NCBI RefSeq assembly: GCF_963921235.1
Contig: NC_086123.1
Span: 17,298,001 to 17,362,000 of the forward strand
DNA: 64,000 nucleotides
Direction of reading: 5' to 3'
Source: Mobula hypostoma
Lineage: Eukaryota
The stretch's first letter is position 1. Every line of letters starts with the position of its first letter. Position numbers and translations under genes: made by a program. Below are positions 1 through 13,200 of the stretch, in pieces. The notes under the pieces are model-generated. The model saw nothing but the letters and a program-made list of their open reading frames with translations, searched no databases and had not been told where the DNA came from.

Positions 1-668
1 TGGAGAGGACGGGGAGCTTCATGTTTCCAGGAGTCAACATCACCCGCGGTGTGTAACGGCTGGCAATGCCCCTACACCCTCAGGAGGCTTAAGAAATTTG
101 GCACGCCCCCTTTGACCTTTTACCAATTTTCACCGATACATCATATAAAGCATTCTACCTGGGTGCATAACAGATTGGTATGGCATCTGTTCAGTGCGTG
201 ACCACAAGAAACTGCAGAGGGTCGAGGACACAGCTCAGTATGTCATGGAAACCTGCCTCTCCTCTATGGACTCTGTCTATGCTTCCCCCTGGATCAGTAA
301 AGCAGCCAGGACCCCGCCTATCCCTAACATTGTCGCTTCTCTCTTCTTCCATGGGCCAGAGGGTACAAAAGCCTGAATATACATACCACCAGGCTCAAGG
401 ATAAATTCTATCCACTTAAATGAGACTACTAACTAGTTCCCTAGTACGATAAAATAAACTCTTGACATCACAATCTACCACGTTATAATCTTGTACTTTA
501 TAGTTTTCCTGCGCTTTCTCTGAGCTGTTCCACTCTATTCTGCGTTCTGTTACTGCTTTACCTTGTTCTACCTCAGTGCACTGTGTAATGATTTGATCTG
601 CATGAATAGTGTGCAGGAAAAGCTTTCACTGTATCTTGGTACATATGACAATAATAAACCAATACCGA
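1..668 (+). mobile_element. Rex1/Babar-type LINE, decayed 3' fragment
   Basis: Remnant RT C-terminus (RDHKKLQRVEDTAQYVM), then 3' UTR ending CAATAATAAACCAATAC. Confidence 0.7.
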
Positions 669-766
669 CGCATTTAGACAGAATCTGTGGAGCGACACAC
701 TTAACCGAAGTAGGGTCCCAGATCTGAAATGTTAACTGTTTCTTGTTTCACTGTTAGTGCCTGCCC

Positions 767-1255
767 TAGAAAATAGAACACAGAACAATACAAGAGAACA
801 GGCCCTTTGTCCTATGATGTTGTGCCAAACTCTTTAAAACAGTAATTAAACTTCTAACGGAACTAATCCCTGCTGCCTACACATGGTCCATATCCCTTCA
901 TTCTCTGCACATTCAAGAACCTCTTAAATACCTCCATCATTTCTGGACCCATCAGTACCCCGGCTGTGCATACCAGGCATCCACCACTCTGTGTAAAAAA
1001 AAACTTGCCCACACATTTCCTTTCAATTTCACCTTAAATGCATCGTTCGTTCGTTATGTGCCGTGTCGTATGATATGGCTGATCACGGTCTTTCCAAGAC
1101 TATGGTTGTTCTACAAGGAAATGGTCTGCCATTTCCTGCTTCTGGGCAGAGTCTTTACAAGACGCTGCATTCCCTCTGTTATTAGACTTTTTGACCCTTA
1201 AAACGATCCTGGCTGTCTACTCTATCTATGCCTCTCATAATTACTTAATCTTTAA
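767..1255 (-). mobile_element. CR1 LINE 3' end, interrupted at 1044-1165
   Basis: Tail ATAGAACACAGAACA and CCACCACTCTGTGTAAAAAA (antisense of FFTQ-VV), shared with other CR1 copies here. Confidence 0.7.
1044..1165 (-). mobile_element. RTE-tailed SINE, 3' fragment
   Basis: Homologous to 55847-56210 and 44305-44430; flanked by 5-bp TSD TGCAT (1039-1043 and 1166-1170). Confidence 0.65.
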
Positions 1256-1694
1256 TCAGGAGTTCTGAGTGTTTCCATCATTTTCTACTTTTATTTAAGT
1301 CTTTTGATTTTCAATGTCTGCTGATTATCAGTTAATAAAATAACGAAGCCATTAAGACACACATCTCTCGCTTTGAACTAACCGAGTGATTTGGACACTA
1401 GATTTACTTGCCTTGAACACATTTGTGATTTTCATCTGATCCATTTAACTAAGAACCATATGTTTAATTAAACTCAATTATTTTTTTCCAATTAGACGGA
1501 GAACGTCCTGATGTTGGCAGAAAGCGGGCCATCGCGCTGACATTAATTTGAAGTAAGACAATAACGAATATGCAAGTGTCAACCGTGGATCTCCCACTGC
1601 CGTTGAATCAGGTACAAGGCAGGTCAAAATTCACAAGGTTTCGATCGCAACTGTCTTTGACTGACTACATCCCCATCCCACGACCTCACCGCAT

Positions 1695-1810
1695 GAATAC
1701 ACATGCACACACATGCATTCCCTTTGTACACACAAAACACAGACATACATGAACACACATGCCCTACATACACAGAAGTGCATGTGTGCACACAAACACA
1801 GACACACCTC
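1695..1810. repeat. Degenerate (CA)n-rich low-complexity tract
   Basis: ACACATGCACACACATGC... seen directly. Confidence 0.75.
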
Positions 1811-2965
1811 ATAGATGTTACATTATTTCATGGCCAAGCAGTGTCAACATGGAGCCCACTGGTTCTGAGCAGAATAATTATTTCCCATTGGTACTGATAA
1901 TGGGATTTGCTAACCAGGTTGGTACATGGGTGAACCCTCTTTAATCCAGCATAACAAGTAACATTAATATCTTCTCTCCCCCGACAGTGAGCATAAGAAT
2001 AAGTCAAGCTTCACATAAAGAGTCACCTTGCAGGCGCTGCAGTCATTACTCAAGCTAAATGGTATATCGATGTGGAACAAACGGACACAGCCTCCTGCCA
2101 ATGCTCTGCCTGGCAATCGTGCAACTGTGCTGGAAGCGTTTCAGAAATGAACAGCTTTACTCCCACCTTCAAAACAAAAAAATCCGCCCGAAACCCCTGC
2201 CCTGTGTTCAAGCATACCGAACCGCTAGTTATAGGAAGGTGTGGGTGGGGGGGGGGGGGGGTGCTGTGTAACCAGGAACTCTAAATCGTGCGGAAGTCAG
2301 TGAAGCTGGGTTCAAGTGGCAAGCCCTACAGAAAATAAAATCGTACAGGGAGGGAAAATCAATGAACTAATTTGGACTGCAGCGCGTTCAGTATCAGAAT
2401 TTCTATAGGCTCTATCCTAACTTACTGGAGTCTATCATTTATCATCTCTCCTTGCCCTAGAGGAGGTGCGCTGTGTTACCTTCTACAACACCTGCACTGT
2501 TACCGCTGAGGGTAATCTATAGTGTTCTTGGATGTCATCTAGAATTTACACCTTTATACTTGAGATCTTCAGAAATATGTACAGCTACTACCTTACATCG
2601 CCCTACAACCTGGTCACCTACAGACCAATCTTTCTCTATATACCCCATGACATTACATTCCTCAGAAATATTGACACTCTTTCCATTCACGCCCCTGAAG
2701 TTAATCACTCCGCCGCGGGCAGTGGTGCCTCTAGCTGCCACAGTTTTAAAACTGAAATTCCTGCGTCAGAAGGAGGTGGGGGGGGGGGGTGGTGTATGAT
2801 TCTAAAGCAATTGATAGAAGAATTAGAAGACATCTTTGTTGACTGTGCTGGCCTTGGAATCAGTTGTGCTTTTTAGCTGTATTAGGCTGAAACGAGAATA
2901 TTTAAGCGTATCCATTGAGAGTACTGCTGCTACCTGAGTCACCCCTAGGCGCTCCGGAACATAGC

Positions 2966-3498
2966 CCCTGACAGGCTGCATCACTGTCTAGTATGGGGGG
3001 GGGGGGGCTACTACACAGGACCGAAAGAAGCTGCAGAGGGTTGTAAATTTAGTCAGCTCCATCTTGGGCTCTAGCCTACAAAGTACCCAGGACGTCTTCA
3101 GGAGTGGTGTCCCAGAAAGGCAGTGTCCATTATTAAGGACCTCCAGCACCCAGGGCATAACCTTTTCTCACTATTACCATCAGGGAGGAGGTACAGAAGC
3201 CTGAAGGCACACACTCAGTGATTCAGGAACAGCTTCTTCCCCTCTGCCCTCCGATTCCTAAATGGACATTGAACCCTTGGACACTACCTCACTTTTTTAA
3301 TATACAGTATTTCTGTTTTTTTGCATGATTTTTAATCTATTCAATATATGTATACTGTAATTGATTTACTTATTGATTGATTATTATTATTATTTTATTT
3401 TGTTTTTTTTTCCTTCTAGATTATGTATTGCGTTGAACTGCTGCTGCTAAGTTAACAAATTTCACAACGCATGCCGGTGATAATAAACCTGATTCTGA
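2966..3498 (+). mobile_element. Rex1/Babar LINE 3' fragment, (CTGATT)n-tail family
   Basis: TTQDRKKLQRVVNLVSSILG...RYRSLKAHT; ends AATAAACCTGATTCTGA; same family as 25099-26230. Confidence 0.85.
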
Positions 3499-4717
3499 GG
3501 ATTAGAAAGGAGATGAAGAGGCATATTTGCACCCAGAGGGTGCTATAGGTCTAGAAGCCCTGCCTAACAGGCCAAATTCCTCAGCATACTTAAGACATAG
3601 CTGAGGTACTGTGTTTGGCTGTGTGCTGGAAATAATGTGACTAGCGGGAATACAGGCTCAAATAAAGGAGCTCAGCTATTCAGCGCTGAGATGAACAGAA
3701 CTGTAAGATTAAGAGTAGGAAGTCATTTTATGACCTGCACAACAAGATGAGCTAAATGGTTTCCTTCAGGGATATAAATTTTCAGGTTTCCTGATTCCAA
3801 GAGACCCAACGCCTTCGCATCCAGATGTGGTTGTGCGACTGACTTCCAATAGAAGTTTGAGTTTCCCACCTCTGCAGGTTTTTTTTGTTCTTCAGCTGAG
3901 GGGGCTGAGATTGTCTTTTGCAGGTCAGTTTGGTTTGGAATGTTGTTACTTGCTTTTATTGTTTGCATGATTTGTGTGTTGGGTATTTTTCTTTTGTTAA
4001 ATTAGGTTTGGGTTCTTTCAGGTTTCTTGCTTTGTGGCTGTCTGTAAGGAGACAAAGATTGTATAATTTATACATTCTTTAATAATGAATCTCCTTTAAG
4101 TTCTTTCTCAAGTGCCCTAAACAGATCCATGGGGATTCACCCCCAATAAATATGTTGATGCAATATAGATTTGGAAGGTGTTTAACCTTCCTGCAGCCTA
4201 GCTCAGAGGAGAGTGTGGAGGGACAGTTTTTGGAAACAAAGTTAAAACATTGATTCTCATTCTAACAATTCATTGAGGAGATGCCCAGAGAAGTAGTAAT
4301 TCGAACAGCACAAGAACTTGAGAGTGTCTGCAGACTAACTGGACCTCACAGAGGTGGGGAATTGAAGAGACAATACAAATCTGCAGTAATAAACAGATAT
4401 CATATGATCTGAAGGAAAACTCGGAAGTGGTCACATCAGTCAGGCAATACTGGAACGCACTGAGGAAATGCACAATAACAACTTTATTCCAGAAATGAAT
4501 ATAGAACTGGCTACTGAAGAGGAGATGCATTCAGAAACAAGCCGGGCCATGATGTTACACTTAAATCAGAACAGCAAGTAATTACATCGCTGGAGACCCA
4601 AGGCAATGTTGAGAAGTTCTAATCTTCTAATCTGTGTTGTGATTGCAAGACCCTGTTGGACATTGCTGTTGTAGAAGGTTGTAAGTCTGATTCACTGATT
4701 TATTCACAGGCAGGAGA

Positions 4718-5881
4718 TGAGGCATAATCACAGCCAGTGGGATGAGTTACAGGGCAAGAGAGGAGTGGTGCAGTTAAAACAGGAAGCAACAAATACTGGA
4801 CTGAAAGTGTTATACTTGCATGCACGCAGCATAAGAAATAAAATGGAGGATCTTGAAATTCAGCTACAGATTGGCCATCTCTGAAACCTGGCTAAAGGAT
4901 GGCTGCCTTTGGGAGCTGAACATCCAAGGATATACGGTGTTTCAGAAAGGTAGGTTAGTAGGCAGAGGGGGTGGTGTGGCCCTGTGTATAAGAAATAATA
5001 TTAAATCATTAGGAAGTGATGACATAGGATCAGAAGGTGTAGACACTCTATGGGTTGATTTAAGAAAGGACAAGGGTAAAAGGACCCTAATGGTAGTTGT
5101 ATACAGGCCTCCAAACAGCAGCTGGGATGTGGATTATAAATTACAGCGGGAGATAGAAAAGGCGTGTCAGAAGAGCAATGTCATGATAACCACTGGGGAT
5201 TTTAACATGAAAGTGGATTGGGAAAATCAGGCCAGTACTGAACCTCAGGAGAGAGAAATTGTAGGATATCTAAGGGATGGCTTTTTAGAACAGCTTGTTG
5301 CTGAGCCCACTAGGGGATCGGCTGTTCTGGATTGGGTGTTGTACAATGATCCGGAGGTGATAAGAGAGCTTAAGGTTAAGGAACCATGAGGGATCAGTGA
5401 TCACAATATGATCAAGTTCACTTTGAAATTTGAGAAAGAGAAACTAAAATCCAATGTGTTGGTATTTCAGTGGAATAAAGGAAATTACAATGGCATGAGA
5501 GGGAAATAGCCAAAGTTACTGGAAAGGGATTCTAGCAGGAAGGACAGCAGAGCAGTAATGACTGGAGTTTCTGCAAAAAATGAGGGAAGATATATTCCAA
5601 ATAGGAAGAAATTTTCAAATAGGAGAAGGACACTACCATGGCTGACAAGTGAAGTCAGAGCCAAAGTAAAAAGCAAAAGAGAGGGCATACAAGGAAGTCA
5701 AAGCTAGTGGGAAGATAGAGGATTGGGAAGCTTTAAAAAACTTGCAGAAGGAAACTAAGAAGGTCCTTAGGAAGGAAAAGATGAATTATGAAAGGAAGTT
5801 GGTGACTTAATATCAAAGAAGGTACTAAAAGCTTTTTTAAGTATGTAAAGGGTAAAAGAGAGTTGAGGGTAGATATAGGGC
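4718..5881 (+). mobile_element. CR1 LINE ORF2 fragment (APE endonuclease + linker), pseudogenised
   Basis: ORF 4853-5389 carries AISETWL, RGGGVAL, VVYRPPNS, GDFN and PTRGSAVLDWVL, with SDHNMI downstream; frameshifts present; no 3' end. Confidence 0.92.
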
Positions 5882-6460
5882 TAATCCATAGTTCTGTTGC
5901 ACATTCTGGTCAGTGTAACTAAAGTTTGGGAGCACAGCAATCATCTTGCCTAATAAAGAACTGATGCTTTCATCCGCTTCTGTCTCCTTCAATCTAACTC
6001 AGTGACAGTGTAAAAATGAGCATTTTTCATTATAATTCAGACAACTGGTTTCCAAACTCACAAAGAGTTTTCGAATGATGGGAAATAACCTGCTAATATA
6101 ATAAGGTTTCAACACATTTTTCACAAGATTTCATCTCATTTAATATCTTCATAATACTATTGAAGAATGACAATATAGTCTATCACCATCCAGTTACAAT
6201 GACCAATTACTTAAGTTGGTTTACACTAGAGGAGCAACATAATTTTAAGTGATGGTAATATTTTAACCTTGTACATCTCACCGTTGCAGAGCTGTCATGT
6301 TAATTAGCCACAACACCAGCCAGCTACATTTGCAGTCTGTAAGTTTCAGATATCATTTTATTTTCATGATCAGTCTAGCTAATACATTGTCTAAACTGCA
6401 AATTTGCCATCCAATTTAAAATCCCGCTGCATAATCCAGGAGCAGAAAGTTGATATGAAA

Positions 6461-6474
6461 GCGCCATCTGGTGG
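6461..6474 (-). promoter_or_regulatory. CTCF-binding motif (predicted)
   Basis: Minus strand CCACCAGATGGCGC, a near-perfect core, with upstream-motif-like GGTTAGTTCC 8 nt 5' of it. Confidence 0.55.
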
Positions 6475-6504
6475 AGGTCTTGGGAACTAACCTACCACCA
6501 ACCT

Positions 6505-6610
6505 ACACACAAAAAATCTTGGAGGAACTCTACAGGCCAGGCAGCATCTATAGAAAAGAGTCAACAGGACCGTCCTAGTCAATTGTGTGAGAAAGGAGTG
6601 GGAAGGATGA
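6505..6610 (-). mobile_element. Penelope-like terminal (pLTR) remnant
   Basis: TGGAGGAACTCTACAGGCCAGGCAGCATCTATAGAAAAGAG matches the PLE end at 20870-20920. Confidence 0.6.
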
Positions 6611-6956
6611 ATGTTTTTCAATTTCAGAAGAACTCTGTTCATTTTAAAAGCTAGCATGTCTATTTTTGATTCCAGTTGGAAGAACAATTAAAAAGCATGT
6701 GTCCTAACAGTTTTATATTGATTGACAGATATTTGAATGGCACAATAAAAGTATCATGGGCATTTAGGATTCATATAATCTCACCCTACCAGTTGCAAAA
6801 AAAAATACAAAAATCATCCCAATGTGACATTAATCCTTCTCAGTGATACAGCTGCCATCTGGTATGAATTACACCCACCTACTCTTTATGCCCCAAAACA
6901 GTCATAGGTTCTCTATCAATAGTTTAATCTTGTGCAAAATATTTGAACAAAGTAAG

Positions 6957-7300
6957 CCTTCAAAGATTCAAAGTACATTTATTATCAAAGTACTAATGCA
7001 GTATACAACCCTGAGATTTGTCTTCCCACAGACAGCCACAAAACAAAGAAACACCATGGAACCAACCACCACCACAAAAAAAAAAACAAATTGTGCAAAC
7101 AGCAAAGAAAAACAAAGGAAAAACACAGAATATGAAACACAAGATCAAAGGAGTTCAGGCATATTCAGTTCAGCTCAATCTGGCACTGTGCCATTCGTTA
7201 TCTGCAGGCCACCCCGATCAAAAACACCCAAAATAGCAACAAAAGAAGGAGTGATCAGAAACCAGAAACACATCATAACGTGAATTACAGAGTCCAATCC
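6957..7300 (-). mobile_element. Non-autonomous retroelement with Rex1-like tail
   Basis: TTCAAAGTACATTTATTATCAAAGTAC tail; homologous to 14640-14945 on the opposite strand. Confidence 0.65.
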
Positions 7301-8154
7301 AATCTTGGTGCATGTGTGGAACATACTAGTAAAATACAAGGTGATTAGTGAGTACTGGTGAGTTACTTCATTTTGTTATTAAATATAAGCCTCCTCTGAT
7401 ATAAACCAGCCCCTATTTATAGCTGAATCACTGGACACAACGATTATTGGAAGGTCGGCCAAGAAGACTTACCTTACCGAAGTTCTTTCTTATCGCGTTG
7501 ATCACCATGAGCACCACAGAGAATAAATAATGGCATCAAATTAAATCTTTTCAGGTAGATCAGATGTCTGTGCAGGTTTATGATCCTTATGGCTATTTCT
7601 AATTATATTTTGGTGGTGGATAAATTTTATCCACGTTCAAGATCAATACCAGCTGTTATAACTTCCTAGACTGACTACAATCATCAAGGCTATTTCTGCA
7701 ATGCTTTGAAATAGATTCTGGTGTAATTACTAAGGACATTAAGTGCATAATGTTGATATTGTAACTGACACAGAATTGCCTGCCATATTCATGTTTTATT
7801 ATAAGAATCAGAACCATGAGTATAATTAAGATTTTTATTTCATCAAAACAGACAAACATGAGTGAGTTTACATCACTGATACAAGGCGGTTATGAAATAA
7901 TATTGTAACAGCTCTGCAGTGTATATCATACATTAATCTCAAAGGCCATGTAATTTTGTGAACCATGGCTTTTAATCTAAATTGAGTCTTTATCAGGGTG
8001 AAATTTAACATGATTCTGTGTGAGTGAAAGTAAATAATAAAGCTGGAAACATTTCATTTAGCCCTCATTGACCGAAATTAACTAAATGCTTCAGTTGGGC
8101 CTTTTGAACAATTATTATAGCAGGTACTAGAGAGCAAGAATTTGTGTCAGTTAC

Positions 8155-8262
8155 ACTAAGACCATCAGACATAGGAGCAGAATAGACATTTCAGCTCATT
8201 GGGTCTGCTCTGCATTTGACTTATTTTTCCTTTCAACCCCCTTTGCCTGTCTTCTCCTAACA
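8155..8262 (-). mobile_element. CR1 3' tail, short
   Basis: TAAGACCATCAGACATAGGAGCAGAA matches the CR1 tails at 10259 and 38505. Confidence 0.6.
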
Positions 8263-8297
8263 GCCTTCCCGCAGAACAACTTGACCATTTTCTTCTT

Positions 8298-8962
8298 CAG
8301 AATCAGGTTTAATATCATCGGCATATGTCGTGAAGTTTGTTAACTTTGCTGCAGCAGTACAATGCAATACATGCTAATAGAGAAAAAAACTGTGAATTAC
8401 AGCAAGTAATGCATATATATAGGCATCCGTTAGTCTCTTGAGACCATGGATTTGTGCCTTGGAAGGTTTCCAGGATGCAGGCCTGGGCAAGGTTGTATGG
8501 AAGACCAGCAGTTGCCTATGCTGCAAGTCTCCCCTCTCCATGCCACTGATGTTGTCCAATGGAAGGGCATTAGGACCCATACAGCTTGGCACCGGTGTCG
8601 TCGCAGAGCAATGTGTGGTTAAGTGCCTTGATCAAGGACACAACACACTGCCTCAGCCAAGGCTCGAACTAGTGACCTTCAGATCACTAGTCGAATGCCT
8701 TAACCACCATACGCATATATACGTATGTATGTATATATATATATATAAGTGTGTGTGTGTATAGATAATTAAATTAAATACGTCGTGCGAAAAAAGAAGT
8801 AAAAAGTAGTGAAATTTAATGTCCATTCAGAAATCGGATGGCAGAGGGGAAGAAGCTGTTCCTAAAACATTGAGTGTGTGCTTTCAGGCTCCTGTACCTC
8901 CTTCCTGATGGTAACAATGAGAAGAGGGCACATCCTGGGTGGTGCGTGTTCTTAATAATCAT
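8298..8962 (-). mobile_element. Rex1/Babar LINE 3' fragment containing a SINE
   Basis: ORF 8816-9007 reads HPGCALFSLLPSGRRYRSLKAHTQCFRNSFFPSAIRFLN; CAGAATCAGGTTT tail. Confidence 0.85.
8421..8708 (-). mobile_element. tRNA-derived SINE with RTE-type 3' part
   Basis: Minus strand has an A-box remnant GTGGTTAAGG and B-box AGTTCGAGCC. The 3' part resembles 45263-45440. Inserted in a TA-rich tract. Confidence 0.7.
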
Positions 8963-10258
8963 TTGAAATGGCTCCAGTCCTTTTCTTTCCTCATGACTTG
9001 TCTTCAAGGCACAGGGTTAAGATGATGTGATTCAGACCCACAGCCTTTGCTCACATCTAGTAACATTTATTATCAATTTTTAGACTGCACCTAACAAAGG
9101 AATACTCAAAAATGTTCAAGATTATCTTTTATCCTTCAAAGGGACAACTGCACTTGATAAATGAATCTTCTATGTAGAGTCTTAACATTTTTGCATTAAA
9201 TTTATTCCACTCGTTCTTCTGGACTTTCTGAGTATTACAGACAGAGGAGATAAACGGTTCTGCCCAGATAACAGAAAACTCTTCTCAGTGCTAACACTCC
9301 TGCTTTAAGTAGTGCAGATAGTATTGAACATCTTCTCATTCAAAGCATGGTCATGCATTAAATTGATTATCTTGTGATCTAATTGTCAAGCTGAGTGCAT
9401 GACATCTCACCATGGAGTGGGAGAATATTCAAAGAGAAATTCTGCACACACTGAATGTCCAGTTGAGACGAGGACAAAAAAAGGGAACAATATTTCACAC
9501 AATGAGATTCATTCTTTACGGGGAAGATTGGGCCGAACATGAGTCAGTTTTAGACGTGCCAGAGGGAGAGTCATATTAAGTGCACAGTTGGCAAAGCCAT
9601 GTTGATTTTAAATTCTTCAGAATTCTGTCTCCGGAGCGCTGCCCATTTCCCCAATTAGTGCTGTTAATAGAGGTAAAAAATTCGACTTAGAAGTTGGACC
9701 TTTCACATGCTAATGAGCAGACAATGTTAGTAACTAAGGTCAAATAATTAGATGCTGTAAGAATTCATCAAACTCAGCATAAATACCAGACCATCTTTGA
9801 CTATTGTTTCTGTATTTAATCAGGATAAGTGTCACGAGGGTGTCTTTGTAATTGTGTTCTCTTAATCAAGATGTACCACATATTTATGGTCTCCCGGTGA
9901 AAAATCTATCCTACATGTTTGATCTTTTCAATGCCAGATAGCAAGGAGACTGCAGAAGAAATAGAACAGAAACATAGAAATCTCCAGCTCATTACAGGCC
10001 CTTCAGCCCACAATATCGTGCCAACAATGTAACCTACTCTAGAAACTGCCTAGAATTTCCCTAACCCATAGCCCTCTATTTTTCTAAGCTCCATGTACCT
10101 ATCTAAGAGTCTCTGAAAAGGTCCTGTTGTATCCTTCTCTACCACCTTCGCTGGCAGTGCAATCCACGCACCCACCACTCTCTGTGTGAAAAACTTACCT
10201 CTGATATTCCCCTTGTACCGACTTCCAAGCACCTTTAAACTATGCCCCCTCATGTTAG

Positions 10259-13200
10259 ACCATAAGATATAGGAGCAGAAGTAGGTCATTCAGCCCATCT
10301 AGTCTGCTCCACCATTCAATCATGGGCTGATCCAATTCTTCCAGCCATCCCCACTCCCCTGCCTTCTCCCCATACCCTTTGATGCCCTGGCTAATCAAGA
10401 ACCTATCTATCTCTGCCTTAAATACAGCCAATGACTTGGCCTCCACAGCTGCTCGTAGCAACAGATTCCACAGATTTAGCACCCTCTTACAAAAGTAATT
10501 TCTCCGCACCTCAGTTCTAAATGGACGTCCTTCAATCCTGAAGTCGTGCCCTCTTGTCCTGGACTCTCCTACCATGGGGAATAACTTTGCCATATCTAAT
10601 CTGTTCAGGCCTGTCCAGGAATTTGTTTATGAGATCCCCCACTATTCTCCTGAACTCCAGGGAATACAGCCCAAGAGCTGCCAGACGTTCCTCATAGGGT
10701 AACCCTTTCATTCTTGGAATCATTCTTGTGAATCTTCTCTTAACCTTCTCCAACGTCAGTATATCCTTTCCAAAATAAGGAGCTCGGAACAGCACACAAT
10801 GTTCCAAGTGTGGTCTCACGAGTGCCTTATAGAGCCTCAACATCACAACCCTGCTCTTATATTTCATTTGCCACTTCTTTGCCCATTCCGCTAAACTATC
10901 TAAGTCTCTCTGCAGGCTCTCTGTTTCCTCAACATTACCCGCTCCTCCACCTATCTTTGTATCATCGGCAAATTTAGCCACAAACCCATTAATCCCATAG
11001 TCCAAATCATTGACATAAATCGTAAAAAGTAACGATCCCAACACGGACGCCTGTGGAACTCCACTGGTAGCCAGCACCCAGCCAGAACAGGATCCCTTTA
11101 TTCCCACTCTCTGCCGACCAGCCAATGCTCCACCCATTCTAGTAACTTCCCTGTAATTCCATGGGCTCTTATCTTGCTAAGCAGCCTCATGTGTGGCACC
11201 TTGTCAAAGGCCTTCTGAAAATCCAAGTACACCACATCCACTGCATCTCCTTTGTCTACCCTGCTTGTAATTTCCTCAAAGAATTGCAGTAGGTTTGTCA
11301 GGCAGGATTTTCCTTTCAGGAAACCATGCTAGCTTTGGCCTATCTTGTCGTGTGCCTCCAGGTACTCAGTAATCTCATCCATAACGATAAATTCCAACAA
11401 CTTCCCAACCACTGATGTCAGGCTGACAAGTCTATAGTTTCCTTTCTGCTGCCTCCCACCTTTCTTAAGAAGAAGAAGAATATCTTTATTGTCATTGTTG
11501 TGGAGTAATGAAACACAGTTTAGCAGCTCAACGTTTTGCAGGATGACAAAGAATATATACATAAAATAAACTCTAAAACATCAGGAGTGCAGTCCAAAAT
11601 TAATAATATATGGATGGGGGGGTAGGACTATTGCACACCTGCCATTCCTGGAAGTGTGATACATTTAGCTGCCGCTGTCTTAGGAGGGGAGCAGGAGAAG
11701 GAAGGGGGTGTTATACATTTCACTGCTTGTGGGTAGAAGCTGTTAAGGAGTCTCTTTGTTTTCGTCCTTAATGCTCTGTATCTCTTCCCAGAAGGTAGAG
11801 GGGAAAACAGGTGATGTCCAGGATGAGTGGGATCCTTTGAAATACAAGTAGCCTTCTTTTGAAGTCTGCCAGTATAAATGTCTCTGAGGGAGGGTAATGT
11901 TGTGCCAATAACCCACTCTGCTACCCTCACCACCCGCTGCAAGTCCTTCCTGTTCTGTTCTGTGCAGCTGGCAAACCACACTGCACAGCATACGTCAGGA
12001 GGCTCTCTACAGTTGTCCGATAGAAGTTGATCAGCAGGTGATGAGGGAGGAGAGCGTGCTTTAGCTTCCTTAGGAAGTAGAGCCTCTGTTGGGCCTTCCC
12101 CACCTAATAAGAGAGATGGGCAGTCCAGGTGAGGTCAGCCGAGATGTGGACGCCGAGGAACTTGAAACTCTCCACTCTCTCCACCTCGTTCCCATATATG
12201 TGCAGAGCAGAGTGCTCGACACGCTTTGACTTCCTGAAGTCTACTATCAGCTCCTTGGTTTTTGTGATGTTCAAGTCCAGGTTATTATGACAACACCATT
12301 CTGTCAAATGCTGTACCTCCCCCCTATAGGCTGTCTCATCACAGTCTGGTATGATACCTATTAGGGTGGTATCGTCAGCAAATTTGACAATGGTGTTGGT
12401 GGAGTGAATGGTAGAGCAGTCATGGGTGAAAAGAGGATAGAGGATGGGGCTGAGAACACACCCCTGTGGTGTACCGGTGTTCAGCATGAGAGTAGATGAT
12501 GTGTGTTCTCCCATCCTGACACTTCGGGGTCTGTTACTCAGAAAACCCAGTATCCATGAGCACAGTGAGCTGCCAAGGCCCAGGTTGCTCAATTTCTGCA
12601 CCAGTTTGTAGGGGATGACTGTATTAAAAGCTGAGCTGTAGTCCACAAACAGCATTCTTACATAGGTGTTATCCTGATCCAGGTTTGTAAGGGCTGTGAT
12701 GACTGATTCCTCTGTCGATCTGTTTGCACAATACGCAAACTGGTATTTATCAAAGTCAGCAGGTATGGCAGACTTAATATAAGACAGTATGAGTCTCTCA
12801 AAACATTTCATGATGATAGGAGTTAGAGCAACTGGGTGATAGTCATTAAGGCAGTTCACTGTATTTTTCTTTGGTATGGGTCTTAAATAGCGGAGTAACA
12901 TTTGCAGTTTTCCAGTCATCCGTTATAATATATCGATTCTTGAAAGATCATCGTTAATCCCTCTGCAATCTCTCCAGCTGCTTCCTTCGGTACCTGAGGG
13001 TGCATTCCATCAGGTCCAGGAGATTTATCCACCCTCAAACCATTAAGCTTCCTGAGCACCTTCTCAGTCATAATTTTCACTGCACATACTTCACTTCCCT
13101 GACACTCTTGAATGTCCGGTATACTGCAGATGTCTTCCGCTGTGAAGGCTGATGCAAAATATGCATTCAGTTCCTCTGCTATCTCATTATAATATCTTCA

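Noticed and set aside
1496-1552. Plus-strand coding micro-exon (TTTTTTTCCAATTAG ... GTAAGA)
   Set aside because: Stops occur in all three frames and no partner exon is supported.
3529-3546. CTCF-like CACCCAGAGGGTGCTA
   Set aside because: It lies in a decayed CR1 'TQRV' segment and matches the 5' core poorly.
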